A DNA stretch of 64,000 nt from a virus. Positions 1-10,862 of this stretch are shown here, in pieces. Under the pieces are notes generated by a model, which saw nothing but the letters and a program-made list of their open reading frames with translations, made no database searches and was not told where the DNA came from. The translations under genes were made by a program, and so were the position numbers. Numbering within the stretch: the first letter of the stretch is position 1; the number at the start of each line of letters is the position of its first letter. The stretch spans positions 23,975 through 87,974 of the IMG/VR virus record IMGVR_UViG_3300033977_000049; one strand, written 5' to 3'.

Positions 1-3000
1 TGAGTTTTTAATCTAGTTAAGGCATCGGAAACTTGCTCAATTGTATTAGGATTGAGTCGCCCAAATTGAATACCTACAAATCCAGCATGTTGATCGCCTG
101 GATTCATAATACGGATTAATCCTGCATTAAATGCATCTTCATAGTCTGTATATCCATGCTCTGTCAACCATTCAGGATGCCCAAGGGGAACCGTTTCAGA
201 TCGGCCATCGGGAAAGATAAATGAAGATCCCTCAACCGGGCCTAATATTATGCTAGGGCGCTTTCCTTTTATATCCACTCCAGCTTCTTCCCGAACTTTA
301 TCCTTCATTTGCAGGAGAACATTAAATTGTTGCTGTTCAAATTTCCTGCCTTGTTCTTTTCTCATTTCCCCAAGGCGATCTTCGGGATTAGGCCATGCCG
401 CGTCCCCTGGTTTTATACCGGTTCCACCGGTGGAAATAAATGGATAATTTTTACCATCAAGATGTACGATTCCCTGCTGGTTATATTTTTTCCCCAGCAT
501 CATAGCTTGCCCTATATCCGGCACAGTTACACTAACTTCCATTATCCATTGTTTAGCATCTTTATCATACCAAACTCCTACGTTATTAGAAGGATCGCGC
601 AATAATCCTATTATTTTAGGGCTAGCAATAAACCCCTGCACTTCTTTAGCAGTAGGTTTATGATCTAATTTAATTGTATATTCATTTTCGGGATAGATAC
701 TAACTGCATATTCTCCCGAAACTCCCATATTACCGCGATATAAATTAAAGGTAGCTCCATTATTAGCCTGAACTAAATCAGAAATAGCTTCATGGGGATT
801 TAATATTTCTTTTCTAGGTCTACCTATGCGTCCGAATATTTCTTCAAGAAAAGGAGGTAGTGGGATCTTAAGCATTTGGGCAGATGGATTTCTTAGGCCA
901 TCATATATATCTCTCATCCACCGCTTGAACTTAGCAAATACCCCTGCCATTTCCGGTACATAAGTTCTACCGGTAATTAAATGAGATTCCAAAGCTCTTG
1001 CAGTTTTTTCTTCAGCATCAACAGTCCATGTTCCGTTTTTCACTCCAGCCCAATTTTCTAATATCCTTAAATCTTCTTCCGGTAGCCCTCTCCGGAAAAC
1101 GTGGAACATTTCATGCACAAGCGTACTAAAATCGGCCCCTTGCATAGCGCGTATAATCACCTTGCCATCATTCTGAAAATCGGCCATGCCTTTTACACCG
1201 GCCCATCTTTCTCTAGGTATGCCAGCAGCCCTTAAATGCTCTTCAGTCCCTCGTTCAAATCCTTCTAATCCTCTTTCCCTCCAATATTCTTCTAGTGACA
1301 CCCCTCGCATGCGAGCAAAGGCGCGAGCCAAGGAAATTCCACCCTCCACTTGTTCATCTGTTAATCCCATTCCCCAGGCATCTTTAATTTGCTGTCTAAA
1401 TTTATCTGTAACAGGTTCCAGTCCAACCGTTTCTTGTAATAATGGCTTTTCTACTTTAGGAACCGCTTCTTCTGGGGGAGCTAATTTAGGAAATCTGACA
1501 ACAATATCACCATTTTTAATGGCCTTATCTAATGTTCCTTCTTTTCTCCTAGCTTCGATTTCCTTAGCGGCAATGCGAATATCTCTAATTCTACGTCCGT
1601 CAATCAAAAGAAATGGATTTTCACCATTAGGCATTTCCACAACTTTTCCGGAACCGGAATAGGCTGCTATTGGCCTGCCATCTGAAGTTTTATTACCGCG
1701 ATCAATCATATCGGCTACAAATTCACGAGCCGCAATAGCCTCTCCCAAACGGGCTTTATAATTAGCCATTAATTCAATAGGATCGGTTATAAGAAGTTTT
1801 TTACCCAAAAGCATGCCCAGCACTGTATCATCTATAATACGATGATTCAGCATGGAAATATTAGTATGAAATTCTGAATAGTTTCTTATTTCATGCACAA
1901 AACGATTAACTGCCTGATTATCGGTATCTTTACCCCAAATACGAGTAATATAATCTTCGATAAAAGGTATGTGTATATCATGCAGGGCCGCATTTGCTAA
2001 ATCCGCTGCAAATTCATTTTCAGACAATTTTGCCAATTCCCGAATACGGGCAGTAGGATTAATTGATTTTTCATATATCTTGATTATTCTATCAATTTCT
2101 TCTGGAGTATATTTTGTTGATACTAAACGACGCCCCGCAACCTCCAGTTTTCTTTTATCCATTTCTTCATGAATAGAAGTCAGGTCCGGCCTAATATCAG
2201 TCCGTCCCATTTCTAGCACAGGAATGTGTTCAAATCCTAAATCTTTATAGGCTTGCAAAGCATATCTTCCATTAACGCCAACAATATTACCTTCCGCATC
2301 TCGATAAATTTCAATCGGATCTATCGGCCTTCCCGCTCTAATGCGATGAATAACAGTATCAATATTCTTTTGGGCTTCTTCTCTAAGCTCTGGAGACATG
2401 CCTTGACGTATATCAAGGCTTCCAGATGTTGCCATAAGCGTAGCATCAACAGATTTAAGAATAGGCTCTTGATTAGCCCTAGCGTTTGGATCGTAAATTT
2501 CAGCGCGGGGCCTTAATCTTTCTGTGTCTTCGGCGGTAGCCCTTCCAGCCGATTCTTTGAATAAACTTAAATCTCTCTGAAGAGCTTCTTTATCTTCTCC
2601 TCTATCCCTTAAAAGAAAGGCAGCAAATCTATCTTCAGGATTTACATCTTTAAATGTTTTGTTTTTATCAGCCCTAAATAAATCCGCCGTTCGATTTACT
2701 TCGGTAACTTTTCTATCAAATTCACCACCCATCTGTCGTGTTTTTTGAGCTTCCTCGCTAGGTATTAAATTTTGAATTCCAAATTTTTCTGCTAATGCTC
2801 CCACTTCTGGCCTTAAATGAGCGCGAGCTTGAAATCCTGCTGCCACTCCTAGTCCTATATTACCCAAAATAGAAGGTGCCATTTCAAGTGCTTGTGCCGG
2901 ATCTTCAGAAAGAGCCTTTCTAAATTGAGGATATTGGTATATCGCTCCCAATATCATATTTGTACTAAAACCTAAATCAGTTAACCCCTGTATGGTTTTT

Positions 3001-3926
3001 GCAATAGTATCAGCCTTGGTTAATGGCATTCTAGCGCTACGAAGTATAGCGCCAAGTCCATTAATAATCAGTCCGCGATTTCTTAAATCGGAAAGATCAA
3101 GCCCTATCCTTCTTAGCCAATATCTTCCTTCTGTAAATAAGCGAGGATTAATGCCAGCCGATGAAAGAGCTTCTGGAACGCTTCTTCCTAAAGACATGGC
3201 TTTTTCAGCTATTTGTGCTCCACGGGCGATTTCTCCTATTTCATCATTTGTAAATAATCTAGCGGCAGCGGCAACTCCCTGCTTGCCTAGCGCTTCAATG
3301 GTTTCTTTACTGGCAGCACCAGCCGCTACATCTCTAAGCGCTGCCTCTCCAGCCGCCGTACCCAATCCACCTCCCCAGGTTCCTATAGTCAATGCGAGCA
3401 TAGCAGGAGCGGTTTGAGAATATAGCAAATCTGTAATAAATCTACCCACACCTCCCACAAGTGCTCCAGTATATTTCCCGGCAGCCTCTCCAGCAAAAGT
3501 GCTAACAGCTTCTTTAGTGGATTCTCCGATCTCTTTAGCCCATCTTCCTCCTTCATATTTTAATACATCTGGTAATCCCAAGGCATCAACTATTTGATTG
3601 CCCTTAGGTTCCCAAATCCAATCCCACATAGATCTGATAACGCCTTCTTTATCTCGCTGGGAAGTGGCAGGTGGGGCTATAGCCGGTTCGGTAGAAACTG
3701 GAGTTGAACTGATCGGAATTAATCCTAATTCCTCTGGGCTTTTGTAACCAATGGATTCTTTTGTTATAGAAGTTAATGGTGTTAGCCCAAGTTCTTCAGG
3801 AGATTTATAAGTAGTAGGAAATCGCCCTGCTATAGGCGGTGCTACTGGCATGGGAGATTTAGCTTTTGTTGCTACGGGAATTAATCCAAGCTCTTCCGGC
3901 GATTTGTAAATATCTTGATCTGCCAT
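1..3926 (-). CDS. Giant virion-associated/ejection-type multidomain protein, truncated by window edge (>1300 aa)
   Basis: Absent from ORF track (no stop in window). ATG at 3926 reads MADQDIYKSPEELGLIP; frame open where spot-checked, including at 3-80. Contains ADFSTLVHEMFHVFRR (HExxH, ~1100-1135) and a ParB/Srx-like segment PIEIYRDAEGNIVGVNGRYALQAY (~2250-2330). Confidence 0.8.
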   Translation of the reverse strand, partial: MADQDIYKSPEELGLIPVATKAKSPMPVAPPIAGRFPTTYKSPEELGLTPLTSITKESIGYKSPEELGLIPISSTPVSTEPAIAPPATSQRDKEGVIRSMWDWIWEPKGNQIVDALGLPDVLKYEGGRWAKEIGESTKEAVSTFAGEAAGKYTGALVGGVGRFITDLLYSQTAPAMLALTIGTWGGGLGTAAGEAALRDVAAGAASKETIEALGKQGVAAAARLFTNDEIGEIARGAQIAEKAMSLGRSVPEALSSAGINPRLFTEGRYWLRRIGLDLSDLRNRGLIINGLGAILRSARMPLTKADTIAKTIQGLTDLGFSTNMILGAIYQYPQFRKALSEDPAQALEMAPSILGNIGLGVAAGFQARAHLRPEVGALAEKFGIQNLIPSEEAQKTRQMGGEFDRKVTEVNRTADLFRADKNKTFKDVNPEDRFAAFLLRDRGEDKEALQRDLSLFKESAGRATAEDTERLRPRAEIYDPNARANQEPILKSVDATLMATSGSLDIRQGMSPELREEAQKNIDTVIHRIRAGRPIDPIEIYRDAEGNIVGVNGRYALQAYKDLGFEHIPVLEMGRTDIRPDLTSIHEEMDKRKLEVAGRRLVSTKYTPEEIDRIIKIYEKSINPTARIRELAKLSENEFAADLANAALHDIHIPFIEDYITRIWGKDTDNQAVNRFVHEIRNYSEFHTNISMLNHRIIDDTVLGMLLGKKLLITDPIELMANYKARLGEAIAAREFVADMIDRGNKTSDGRPIAAYSGSGKVVEMPNGENPFLLIDGRRIRDIRIAAKEIEARRKEGTLDKAIKNGDIVVRFPKLAPPEEAVPKVEKPLLQETVGLEPVTDKFRQQIKDAWGMGLTDEQVEGGISLARAFARMRGVSLEEYWRERGLEGFERGTEEHLRAAGIPRERWAGVKGMADFQNDGKVIIRAMQGADFSTLVHEMFHVFRRGLPEEDLRILENWAGVKNGTWTVDAEEKTARALESHLITGRTYVPEMAGVFAKFKRWMRDIYDGLRNPSAQMLKIPLPPFLEEIFGRIGRPRKEILNPHEAISDLVQANNGATFNLYRGNMGVSGEYAVSIYPENEYTIKLDHKPTAKEVQGFIASPKIIGLLRDPSNNVGVWYDKDAKQWIMEVSVTVPDIGQAMMLGKKYNQQGIVHLDGKNYPFISTGGTGIKPGDAAWPNPEDRLGEMRKEQGRKFEQQQFNVLLQMKDKVREEAGVDIKGKRPSIILGPVEGSSFIFPDGRSETVPLGHPEWLTEHGYTDYEDAFNAGLIRIMNPGDQHAGFVGIQFGRLNPNTIEQVSDALTRLKT

Positions 3927-3938
3927 AATTTATTTTTA

Positions 3939-5864
3939 TTAGGGAAGTATGGCTCCCGCCACAGTTGGGAGCACAGTCCTGGCAGTTGAAATTGCGCCGG
4001 GGCGCTGTGAAGGAGGAATTGCTTCTGCCGCTGCTTCAACTGGAATTTTTTGATATTTTTTATTGTTAATATACCATTGTACATCTTTTATTGGGACTTG
4101 TTCTATTTTACCTTCGGGAGTCAGCATGGCTGTATAACCCGCACGCTCTCCTGGATGAAATTCTTTCATAAGTTCTGTCGTTCCACGAGGGGGAATTCTT
4201 TTATAGCCAGCCTTAATCGCAGCTTCAGCTTTTTCTTTAGTATCGGCCTTTACTGGTACGCCACCCCTAGGATTATATAGCCATTCCTGCCCTGGCTTAA
4301 GACTATCCCATTCTTCTATTGGTATTTGAGCTTGTAGCGCCGCTATATCCTCGGGTGGAGGGGCCGCAGCTTGAACCTTTCCTCTTAATAGGCCTAGGCG
4401 TTGTTGATAGCTATCTCTTTCTCTTTGTAAACTATCTACAATATCCATTTGTTTTGCAACTGCGGGATCTTTCGGGTCTGCATCTTTAGGAAAGCTAATA
4501 TGTGATAATTGATCGTTAATAGCATCCATTCTTTCTTCAAACGTTCCCGCTAAATCAACCGCATCTGAAACGGTTAATGTATCCGCAACCCGTTTTTGAG
4601 CCTCATCTGTAGGAACTCCTTGCCTTTCAAGCGTCATAACATCGCTAGACCATTTTTTGAGAAGATCTAATTGAGCTTGTTTTTGTAGTTGTTCTTTCCG
4701 GGTGCCCTTTTCCACGTCTATTTCAAGATTTCTAAGTAATTGAGATAATCTTTCCGTTTCTAATCTACTCTTTTCAGTTGCCAGTTTAGCTTGTTCTTCT
4801 TGTTCTGCTAAATCCCTTATTCGTTTACCCGAATTCTTTTCCTCGGCCTGCTCTGTATGTAAAAGTATAGTATTAAATTGATCCCAAGTTATGGATTTAT
4901 TATTTGCAGCATAACCCTTAAGGGTATTAGTCAAGCCTTCAAAATCTTTATCTACTCCGCTTTTTTCTAATTTATCAATAATAGCTTGACCTTCGGGAGT
5001 ATTGAAGGGGATGGGCTTATTTGGATCAATATCAATTACCCCTATATTATTATCGAAACTCACACTACCCCTAGACCCATCTGGATTTAATACATTAGGA
5101 TCATCTTTCCAGGTTGAAAGATTTGGACCAAGATCAATAAATAATTTTTTATGAGCATCACCTGCCATTTTTTTAGCCTCAGCGGTGCTAACTATTTGAC
5201 CGGACATTTGAAGCTTATTAACTAATAGATCATATATAGGACGATTTCCTTCCGTTGCCATTTGTTGAATTTTTAAATCCTGATTAGCCCTGTTATACAT
5301 ACCTTGAATCATTTCTTGATTTAAATGAGCTATATTAGCTTGGACTAATGTTTCTTCGCGCTTTTCTCTGGATAATTCCATGCCCCGCTGAAATTCCTGT
5401 TGAGCTTGCTGTATTTGCTGTTGGCGTTGTCCGCCTAAAAATTGACGCTCTGTTTCTGCCCCTGCTATTTCAGCCTGGAATCCTCCGCCCCAGATGTTTC
5501 GCTGGTGCTGCTCCATACCAGCCGCTCCACCTAATATAGAAGCCGCTAATATATCCCGAAAGAATGCTCCGGGCCGTCTTCGGCCAACATTAACTTCTTC
5601 CATTTGTCCGGTTTTCGGATTAATTCTAGGAACAGATTGCTCTGCATTCATTGAGCGATATAAAGATCGTGCTGCGCCACGAATATCTCTTCCCATTCTT
5701 TGCCTTAATCCGGGGCGTTGCATTGCCGGTGGTGCCGCTTGAGTTGCGGCAGGAGGTATAGTAGTAGGGGCAAGAGCGGTTGGCAGTTGCGCACCTGGAC
5801 TTCCAAGCACTGCTATTCCCGGCGCTGTATTTGCTTGTGGAGTAATATTATTTCCGTTTGCCAT
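3939..5864 (-). CDS. Putative ejection/internal virion protein (coiled-coil, Q/A-rich)
   Basis: 641-aa ORF with helical composition, between a pilot-like gene and the giant protein, as in podovirus ejectosome operons (inference from position). Confidence 0.55.
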   Translation of the reverse strand: MANGNNITPQANTAPGIAVLGSPGAQLPTALAPTTIPPAATQAAPPAMQRPGLRQRMGRDIRGAARSLYRSMNAEQSVPRINPKTGQMEEVNVGRRRPGAFFRDILAASILGGAAGMEQHQRNIWGGGFQAEIAGAETERQFLGGQRQQQIQQAQQEFQRGMELSREKREETLVQANIAHLNQEMIQGMYNRANQDLKIQQMATEGNRPIYDLLVNKLQMSGQIVSTAEAKKMAGDAHKKLFIDLGPNLSTWKDDPNVLNPDGSRGSVSFDNNIGVIDIDPNKPIPFNTPEGQAIIDKLEKSGVDKDFEGLTNTLKGYAANNKSITWDQFNTILLHTEQAEEKNSGKRIRDLAEQEEQAKLATEKSRLETERLSQLLRNLEIDVEKGTRKEQLQKQAQLDLLKKWSSDVMTLERQGVPTDEAQKRVADTLTVSDAVDLAGTFEERMDAINDQLSHISFPKDADPKDPAVAKQMDIVDSLQRERDSYQQRLGLLRGKVQAAAPPPEDIAALQAQIPIEEWDSLKPGQEWLYNPRGGVPVKADTKEKAEAAIKAGYKRIPPRGTTELMKEFHPGERAGYTAMLTPEGKIEQVPIKDVQWYINNKKYQKIPVEAAAEAIPPSQRPGAISTARTVLPTVAGAILP

Positions 5865-5866
5865 AT

Positions 5867-6274
5867 TTATTCCTTATCCGTTAACCGGACAGATTCATTA
5901 AAATATTCTAAAATCGTTTTTTCCGATACCTTCTCATCCTGCAACGCTCGCCGGAGAAATGATATTATTTTTTTTACATTACCGGGATCTGATATTCCAT
6001 ATACTCTAAGAAGAGAAGCTAAAGTATCAGTGGTTTTGATATTCGCCCGGCTACTACCGCTAATCTTTTTCTCAAGATCGAAATAACCGGCTCTATAACC
6101 AGCCACTAAACTTGTAAATTTTCGTCTACCTTCATCATCGGTTTCATGTTTTCCTGGAGGACCGAAACTTTTAAGCATAAGGGGATTGCGAAGTTTGTAA
6201 GCTGTTGATCCAGGATCGGTGAATGCCCCGTTGAGATTGCCAAGTGCATCTAATAGAGCTTCAAGCTTATTCAT
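5867..6274 (-). CDS. Hypothetical virion protein, possibly lysozyme-like fold
   Basis: Likely start MNKLEALL at 6274. RNPLML...RKFTSLVAGYRAG resembles the NNP...F.s...G.rA motif of phage lysozyme-like proteins. Confidence 0.4.
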   Translation of the reverse strand: MNKLEALLDALGNLNGAFTDPGSTAYKLRNPLMLKSFGPPGKHETDDEGRRKFTSLVAGYRAGYFDLEKKISGSSRANIKTTDTLASLLRVYGISDPGNVKKIISFLRRALQDEKVSEKTILEYFNESVRLTDKE

Positions 6275-6275
6275 T

Positions 6276-7226
6276 TTAAAAACCCTCAGGAACCACGGGT
6301 TCAAATGTAGAAGGTCCGGTACTAGTTACGGCTGATGCTATAGTAGGATTACTTACATCTGCAATTAACTGAGGAGTGCTATTGGTAGGGGTAGAACTTC
6401 CACCACCTAAAACCCCTCCCCATTGCCCAAGACCTCCGCTAAGATAATTAGCTCCAGGTCCAGTTGCCCAGGATGATCCGCTGGCTGCGCCCCCTACGGC
6501 CTGCCCGAATTGCGCTCCTAATTGTGCCCCTGCTGGTCCGCCCAAAACTGCTCCTGCTATTCCACCCAAAGCTCCTCCAATTGCGCCCCATGGACTTGCA
6601 GCGGCTTGTTCTGCTGCTATTTGAGTTTGAGCAGCAAAGGCTTCTTTACCAGCCGCGCTAGCTTGAGCGGCCATAGATGAGGGCGCTTCTAATGCAGCGG
6701 TTTGACCAAGCACACCAAGGGCGGTCTGCCAATTCTGTCTTCCCTGTGCATATCCAGCTTCCGTAATTCCTGTCATTAATTGTGATTCTTGACCTGCCGC
6801 TGCTTGATAGCCTTGACCTTGTAATTGTGCCGCAGCGCCACTAGGGAGGAACGCATTACCCCCTCCCCTTGCCGCCAAAGCTTCATTTAGCGCCTGTTGA
6901 TTGGCCGCAAAAGTAGTTGCAGTTTGTCCAATAGCCTGAGTTTCAAGCGCTGCCTGTTCTGTTGGAGAAAATCCATATTGATTAGGCCCGGCAGCTACGA
7001 TCCCTTGAGCAGCATTTCTAAGGCTGCCTAAAATAGCCTGTTGACCAGAAAAGGCAGTCGCCCATGCATTATTAAGAGCGGCATAAGTTCCGGACATATC
7101 ATTAGCAATAGTAGTTTGTGCCACTGAAGGTCCCTTGGCTAATTCTAATAGGCCATGGTATTCATAAAATTCATGCTCAAGAATATTACCATGCCAATCT
7201 ATAACAAATTTGGTTGTTATTCTCAT
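6276..7226 (-). CDS. Putative DNA pilot/ejection protein
   Basis: A/G/Q-rich body with GAIGGALGGIAGAVLGG glycine zipper; distinct N-terminal leader ending ELAKG. Confidence 0.6.
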   Translation of the reverse strand: MRITTKFVIDWHGNILEHEFYEYHGLLELAKGPSVAQTTIANDMSGTYAALNNAWATAFSGQQAILGSLRNAAQGIVAAGPNQYGFSPTEQAALETQAIGQTATTFAANQQALNEALAARGGGNAFLPSGAAAQLQGQGYQAAAGQESQLMTGITEAGYAQGRQNWQTALGVLGQTAALEAPSSMAAQASAAGKEAFAAQTQIAAEQAAASPWGAIGGALGGIAGAVLGGPAGAQLGAQFGQAVGGAASGSSWATGPGANYLSGGLGQWGGVLGGGSSTPTNSTPQLIADVSNPTIASAVTSTGPSTFEPVVPEGF

Positions 7227-7227
7227 A

Positions 7228-7401
7228 TTACTTCTCTTTGGGACTAACTAACTCGTGGGCAGCAGAAATTACTTTCTTTGCCAACACGTTAATTTCTTTT
7301 GCAGATACGTTAGGGAAATGGGATCTGACTATGCGCCCAACAGTAAAGTGCGATAATCTATTAATAGAATTATGGATTTCTCGCCTTTGATTTTTATTCA
7401 T
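7228..7401 (-). CDS. Small hypothetical protein (57 aa)
   Basis: Hand-translated MNKNQRREIHNSINRLSHF...PKEK*; fills the gap and is coupled to neighbours. Confidence 0.6.
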   Translation of the reverse strand: MNKNQRREIHNSINRLSHFTVGRIVRSHFPNVSAKEINVLAKKVISAAHELVSPKEK

Positions 7402-8609
7402 TAAATATTTAACGCTCCCGCTGGTCTATATCCATTTTTTAAGGATACTAATTCGGCCACTACCCAGCATTCTCCGTCAAAATTTTTCTCGGTTGTAAAT
7501 AAGCGAGGGGCTTGAAATCTTACCGGAGTTCCTATTTGCTGAGCTTTGATTTTATTAGTAAAATATAGAAAGCTATTTTGATTCCAAAAGCTTTTATTAG
7601 AAGAGTCTTGAAAGGCTCCTCTGCCATCGGTTGAAGAAACTTGAATGAATGCCCATCCAGCCGGGGCTAAAACTCTATACAATTCCTTTATAACGTGAAT
7701 GGGATCTTTTAATTTAGAAAATATATCGAAAGCCCTTATAACTCCCACCGAACTATCGGCTAAGGGCCATTTCTTATTTAAATTATTATCTAGGCATGTA
7801 AATCCTTGGCGCGTGACTTTACCCAATTCTATTTTCTTCAACCCATTAATATCTGCCCAGCGCTCTGTAAGTTGTTTAATATATTTATCATATATCGTAA
7901 AAACATTATCTTGAATCTCTGCATTAATATCTGATTTTAGCCAAGTATTTTCTCCATGAATTCTGTAAATATATAAACCTTTATCAATTCTGAGAAATTT
8001 AGTGGCTAAATACATTCTGCATATTAAATCCAAATCATCTAATACCCTTAAATCTTTTGCATATCCACCAATAGATTCATAAACGGATTTGCGAAATGCT
8101 CTTATGTGATCTGGGGCATACCAAATTCTGGAAACAGAATCGGGATATGGATCAAAGGCAATGAATTCATTTAATTTTATCCCATTCCATTCTATTTCTC
8201 TATATTTCCAACCATGAGTTTCATCGTACAATGCAGGCTTCGTATAGCGCGGGCCTTCTTTATTCAATTGAGCATGGACTAGATTAGAATATACAAATCC
8301 AATTTCTGGATCTTGAAAGGCTTTATAAACTTCCTCTAAGGCGTTGGGCATTAAAAGATCATCGTGATCCATTTCCACAAATATCTCTCCTGTAGCTTTT
8401 GCACATGCCGCCGCCTTTAGCGGACCAATCATTTTAGGGGCATTCCATTCTAAAAATCCCTTAACCCTAGAATCACTAAATTGAATGGGCTGTGCCCCGT
8501 TATTATAAAGGATTATCCATTCCCAATCCGTATAGGATTGTAATTTTAAAGATTCGTATAACTCATTCAACCATTTAGAATCATGCGTTGCAGTGTATAC
8601 TGAAATCAT
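7401..8609 (-). CDS. GT2 glycosyltransferase fused to SAM-methyltransferase-like domain
   Basis: ISVYTAT start, EMDHDDLL DxD motif; C-terminal WPLADSSV...RVLAPAGW...STDGRGAFQD. Confidence 0.8.
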   Translation of the reverse strand: MISVYTATHDSKWLNELYESLKLQSYTDWEWIILYNNGAQPIQFSDSRVKGFLEWNAPKMIGPLKAAACAKATGEIFVEMDHDDLLMPNALEEVYKAFQDPEIGFVYSNLVHAQLNKEGPRYTKPALYDETHGWKYREIEWNGIKLNEFIAFDPYPDSVSRIWYAPDHIRAFRKSVYESIGGYAKDLRVLDDLDLICRMYLATKFLRIDKGLYIYRIHGENTWLKSDINAEIQDNVFTIYDKYIKQLTERWADINGLKKIELGKVTRQGFTCLDNNLNKKWPLADSSVGVIRAFDIFSKLKDPIHVIKELYRVLAPAGWAFIQVSSTDGRGAFQDSSNKSFWNQNSFLYFTNKIKAQQIGTPVRFQAPRLFTTEKNFDGECWVVAELVSLKNGYRPAGALNI

Positions 8610-9136
8610 TATTTTGGTGCGCTCCGACTTCCAGAATGAATTCTATATATCCAAGTAATTTCTGGAATAAATTTAAATTTAGCTCCAAGCTCGCCCAATC
8701 TTAACCACATATCCCAATTGGGATAAACGGCCTTTCTAAATCCATTTACACTTAGCAGTGTAGATTTTTTGGTTAAAACAGTTGTTGGAATATAATTTTT
8801 TACCCTTAATGAAAATAAATCAAAATCTTGAGATGTCCAGCTTTTACAGGCTCCCTGCATTTCGCAATCAGAATAAATTACGTCACATTCATCATGTTCT
8901 GCCCATAATCTTTCTAAATGATGTGGAAGAAATAAGTCATCGTCATTTAAAAATGCAATCCATTCTGTTTTTGATTCTCTTAATAAAGTATTAAGGGTAT
9001 CAGCCTCTCCCTTGCGCTGTTGATCTATGGCAATAATATGGTCAAACGCCTTCATAGTTTGATGTGAAACGGATTTCCTGCATTCCGTTAGCATACAATA
9101 GCGCTCTGGAAGAGATGGAGTTAAAACTGTAATCAT
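8609..9136 (-). CDS. GT2 glycosyltransferase
   Basis: ITVLTPS, WIAFLNDDDLFLPHHL, WDMWLRL motifs; likely start MITVL at 9136. Confidence 0.85.
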   Translation of the reverse strand: MITVLTPSLPERYCMLTECRKSVSHQTMKAFDHIIAIDQQRKGEADTLNTLLRESKTEWIAFLNDDDLFLPHHLERLWAEHDECDVIYSDCEMQGACKSWTSQDFDLFSLRVKNYIPTTVLTKKSTLLSVNGFRKAVYPNWDMWLRLGELGAKFKFIPEITWIYRIHSGSRSAPK

Positions 9137-9137
9137 A

Positions 9138-10862
9138 TTACACCACAATTAAAGTTGCTGAAGAATAACCTTGAAGATCTGCAACTTGACCGGCATTTGT
9201 AGTCTGTCCTTGTACGTATAAGTGTGCAGCGCTACTAGGAGTAACAATTGTTCCTTTAATTAAAACCCAACTATATCCGGTTGCTTGACACATTACCGCC
9301 CCGACTGATCCAAAGCCAACAGTACCCACAGCCCCTATCAATTGTGCGCTTAGAGAAGTATTTACTCCCTGTGCTCCTTGCGCTCCCATAATTAATACAG
9401 AACCACTAGACATGGCTACAGTACCCTGTATAGTAAACTGCAAGCCCTGTGCTCCAGCGGAGACGTAAATGGGTAAATATATATCTACTTGATAAGCCGT
9501 GGATGTGGCTAATGTTGGAAAGGCAAATATATTAGATAAAGTAGTGCTTAAAGAAGCTGCCGCAGCATAGTAAGCATAAAGTGCTCCAGTTGGCCCTGTA
9601 TAGCCAGTATATCCTGTATATCCAGTGAAATTACCTGCTCCAGTATAGCCCGTGTAGCCTGTATATCCAGTAGGGCCTGTATAGCCGGTATAACCTGTAA
9701 AATTTCCTGGGCCAGTATAGCCAGTAGGGCCAGTATATCCAGTATATCCAGTAAAGTTTCCCGGTCCAGTATATCCCGTTGGACCTGTGTATCCTGTATA
9801 TCCAGTATATCCCGTGAAGTTGCCCGCTCCCGTATATCCAGTAGGGCCTGTATAGCCGGTATAACCTGTAAAATTTCCTGGGCCAGTATAGCCAGTAGGG
9901 CCAGTATATCCAGTATATCCAGTAAAGTTTCCCGGTCCAGTATATCCAGTTGGGCCGGTATATCCGGTATAGCCTGTATATCCTGTAAAATTTCCCGGTC
10001 CTGTGTAACCGGTGTATCCCGTTGGACCGGTTCCGGTATATCCAGTATATCCGGTATAGCCGGTTGCACCCGCTCCTGTATAGCCTGTATATCCAGTATA
10101 ACCAGTAAAATTACCAGGTCCGGTATATCCGGTATAGCCGGTTGCACCCGCTCCTGTATAGCCTGTATATCCAGTATAACCAGTAAAATTACCAGGTCCG
10201 GTATATCCAGTTGGCCCTGTATATCCAGTTGGTCCTATTACTCCAGCAGTACCTTGAGGTCCTGTATAGCCGGTATAACCGGTATATCCAGTTGGGCCAG
10301 TGTATCCAGTAAAAGCTCCAGATCCGGTATAACCGGTATATCCAGTTGGACCGGTATATCCCGTAAATGCCCCAGGGCCGGTATAGCCTGTATAACCCGT
10401 AGGGCCGGTATATCCAGTATAACCTGTAAATGCACCGGGGCCAGTATAGCCTGTATAGCCAGTGGGACCTGTATACCCCGTATATCCAGTAAATGCACCC
10501 GCGCCGGTATATCCAGTGGGTCCAGTATATCCCGTATAACCAGTATAACCAGTTGGTCCAGTCGCTCCAGCCACGCCAATAGGTCCAGTATAACCTGTAT
10601 AGCCGGATGGTCCGGTATATCCAGTATATCCAGTTGGGCCAGTATAACCAGTAAAATTACCCGGACCTGTATATCCGGTATAACCAGTAGGACCCGAAAA
10701 TCCACCATAGGGAAGAGAATTCCAAGCTGTTACACCATCCCCAATTTTTATTTGATGGGTATCGATTTCTAGTCCCATTTCTCCTGAATAGAGAACTGGG
10801 TTATTCGATGTCCAGTTGGAGGCGGTATCTCTTCGGAATTGAAAGATCAAATCGAAAGACAT
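9138..10862 (-). CDS. Collagen-like fibre with Mtd_N-like N-terminus and Gly-Tyr-Thr repeats
   Basis: [25 protein letters not shown]...[13 protein letters not shown] is the typical fibre-attachment N-domain; ~370 aa of GYT/GPT triplets; globular C-terminus. Confidence 0.85.
   Translation of the reverse strand: MSFDLIFQFRRDTASNWTSNNPVLYSGEMGLEIDTHQIKIGDGVTAWNSLPYGGFSGPTGYTGYTGPGNFTGYTGPTGYTGYTGPSGYTGYTGPIGVAGATGPTGYTGYTGYTGPTGYTGAGAFTGYTGYTGPTGYTGYTGPGAFTGYTGYTGPTGYTGYTGPGAFTGYTGPTGYTGYTGSGAFTGYTGPTGYTGYTGYTGPQGTAGVIGPTGYTGPTGYTGPGNFTGYTGYTGYTGAGATGYTGYTGPGNFTGYTGYTGYTGAGATGYTGYTGYTGTGPTGYTGYTGPGNFTGYTGYTGYTGPTGYTGPGNFTGYTGYTGPTGYTGPGNFTGYTGYTGPTGYTGAGNFTGYTGYTGYTGPTGYTGPGNFTGYTGYTGPTGYTGPGNFTGYTGYTGPTGYTGYTGYTGAGNFTGYTGYTGYTGPTGALYAYYAAAASLSTTLSNIFAFPTLATSTAYQVDIYLPIYVSAGAQGLQFTIQGTVAMSSGSVLIMGAQGAQGVNTSLSAQLIGAVGTVGFGSVGAVMCQATGYSWVLIKGTIVTPSSAAHLYVQGQTTNAGQVADLQGYSSATLIVV
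9590..10695 (-). repeat. 9-bp-period coding repeat (GYT/GPT collagen)
   Basis: Degenerate ccagtatat/ccggtatag/cctgtatag units with longer duplicated blocks. Confidence 0.9.

Noticed and set aside
250-3417. Plus-strand ORFs in the first 3.5 kb
   Set aside because: Antisense shadows of the giant minus-strand CDS.
9548-10772. Alternative-frame repetitive ORFs (ILDI.., ISSIT..)
   Set aside because: By-products of the 9-bp collagen periodicity; no RBS.
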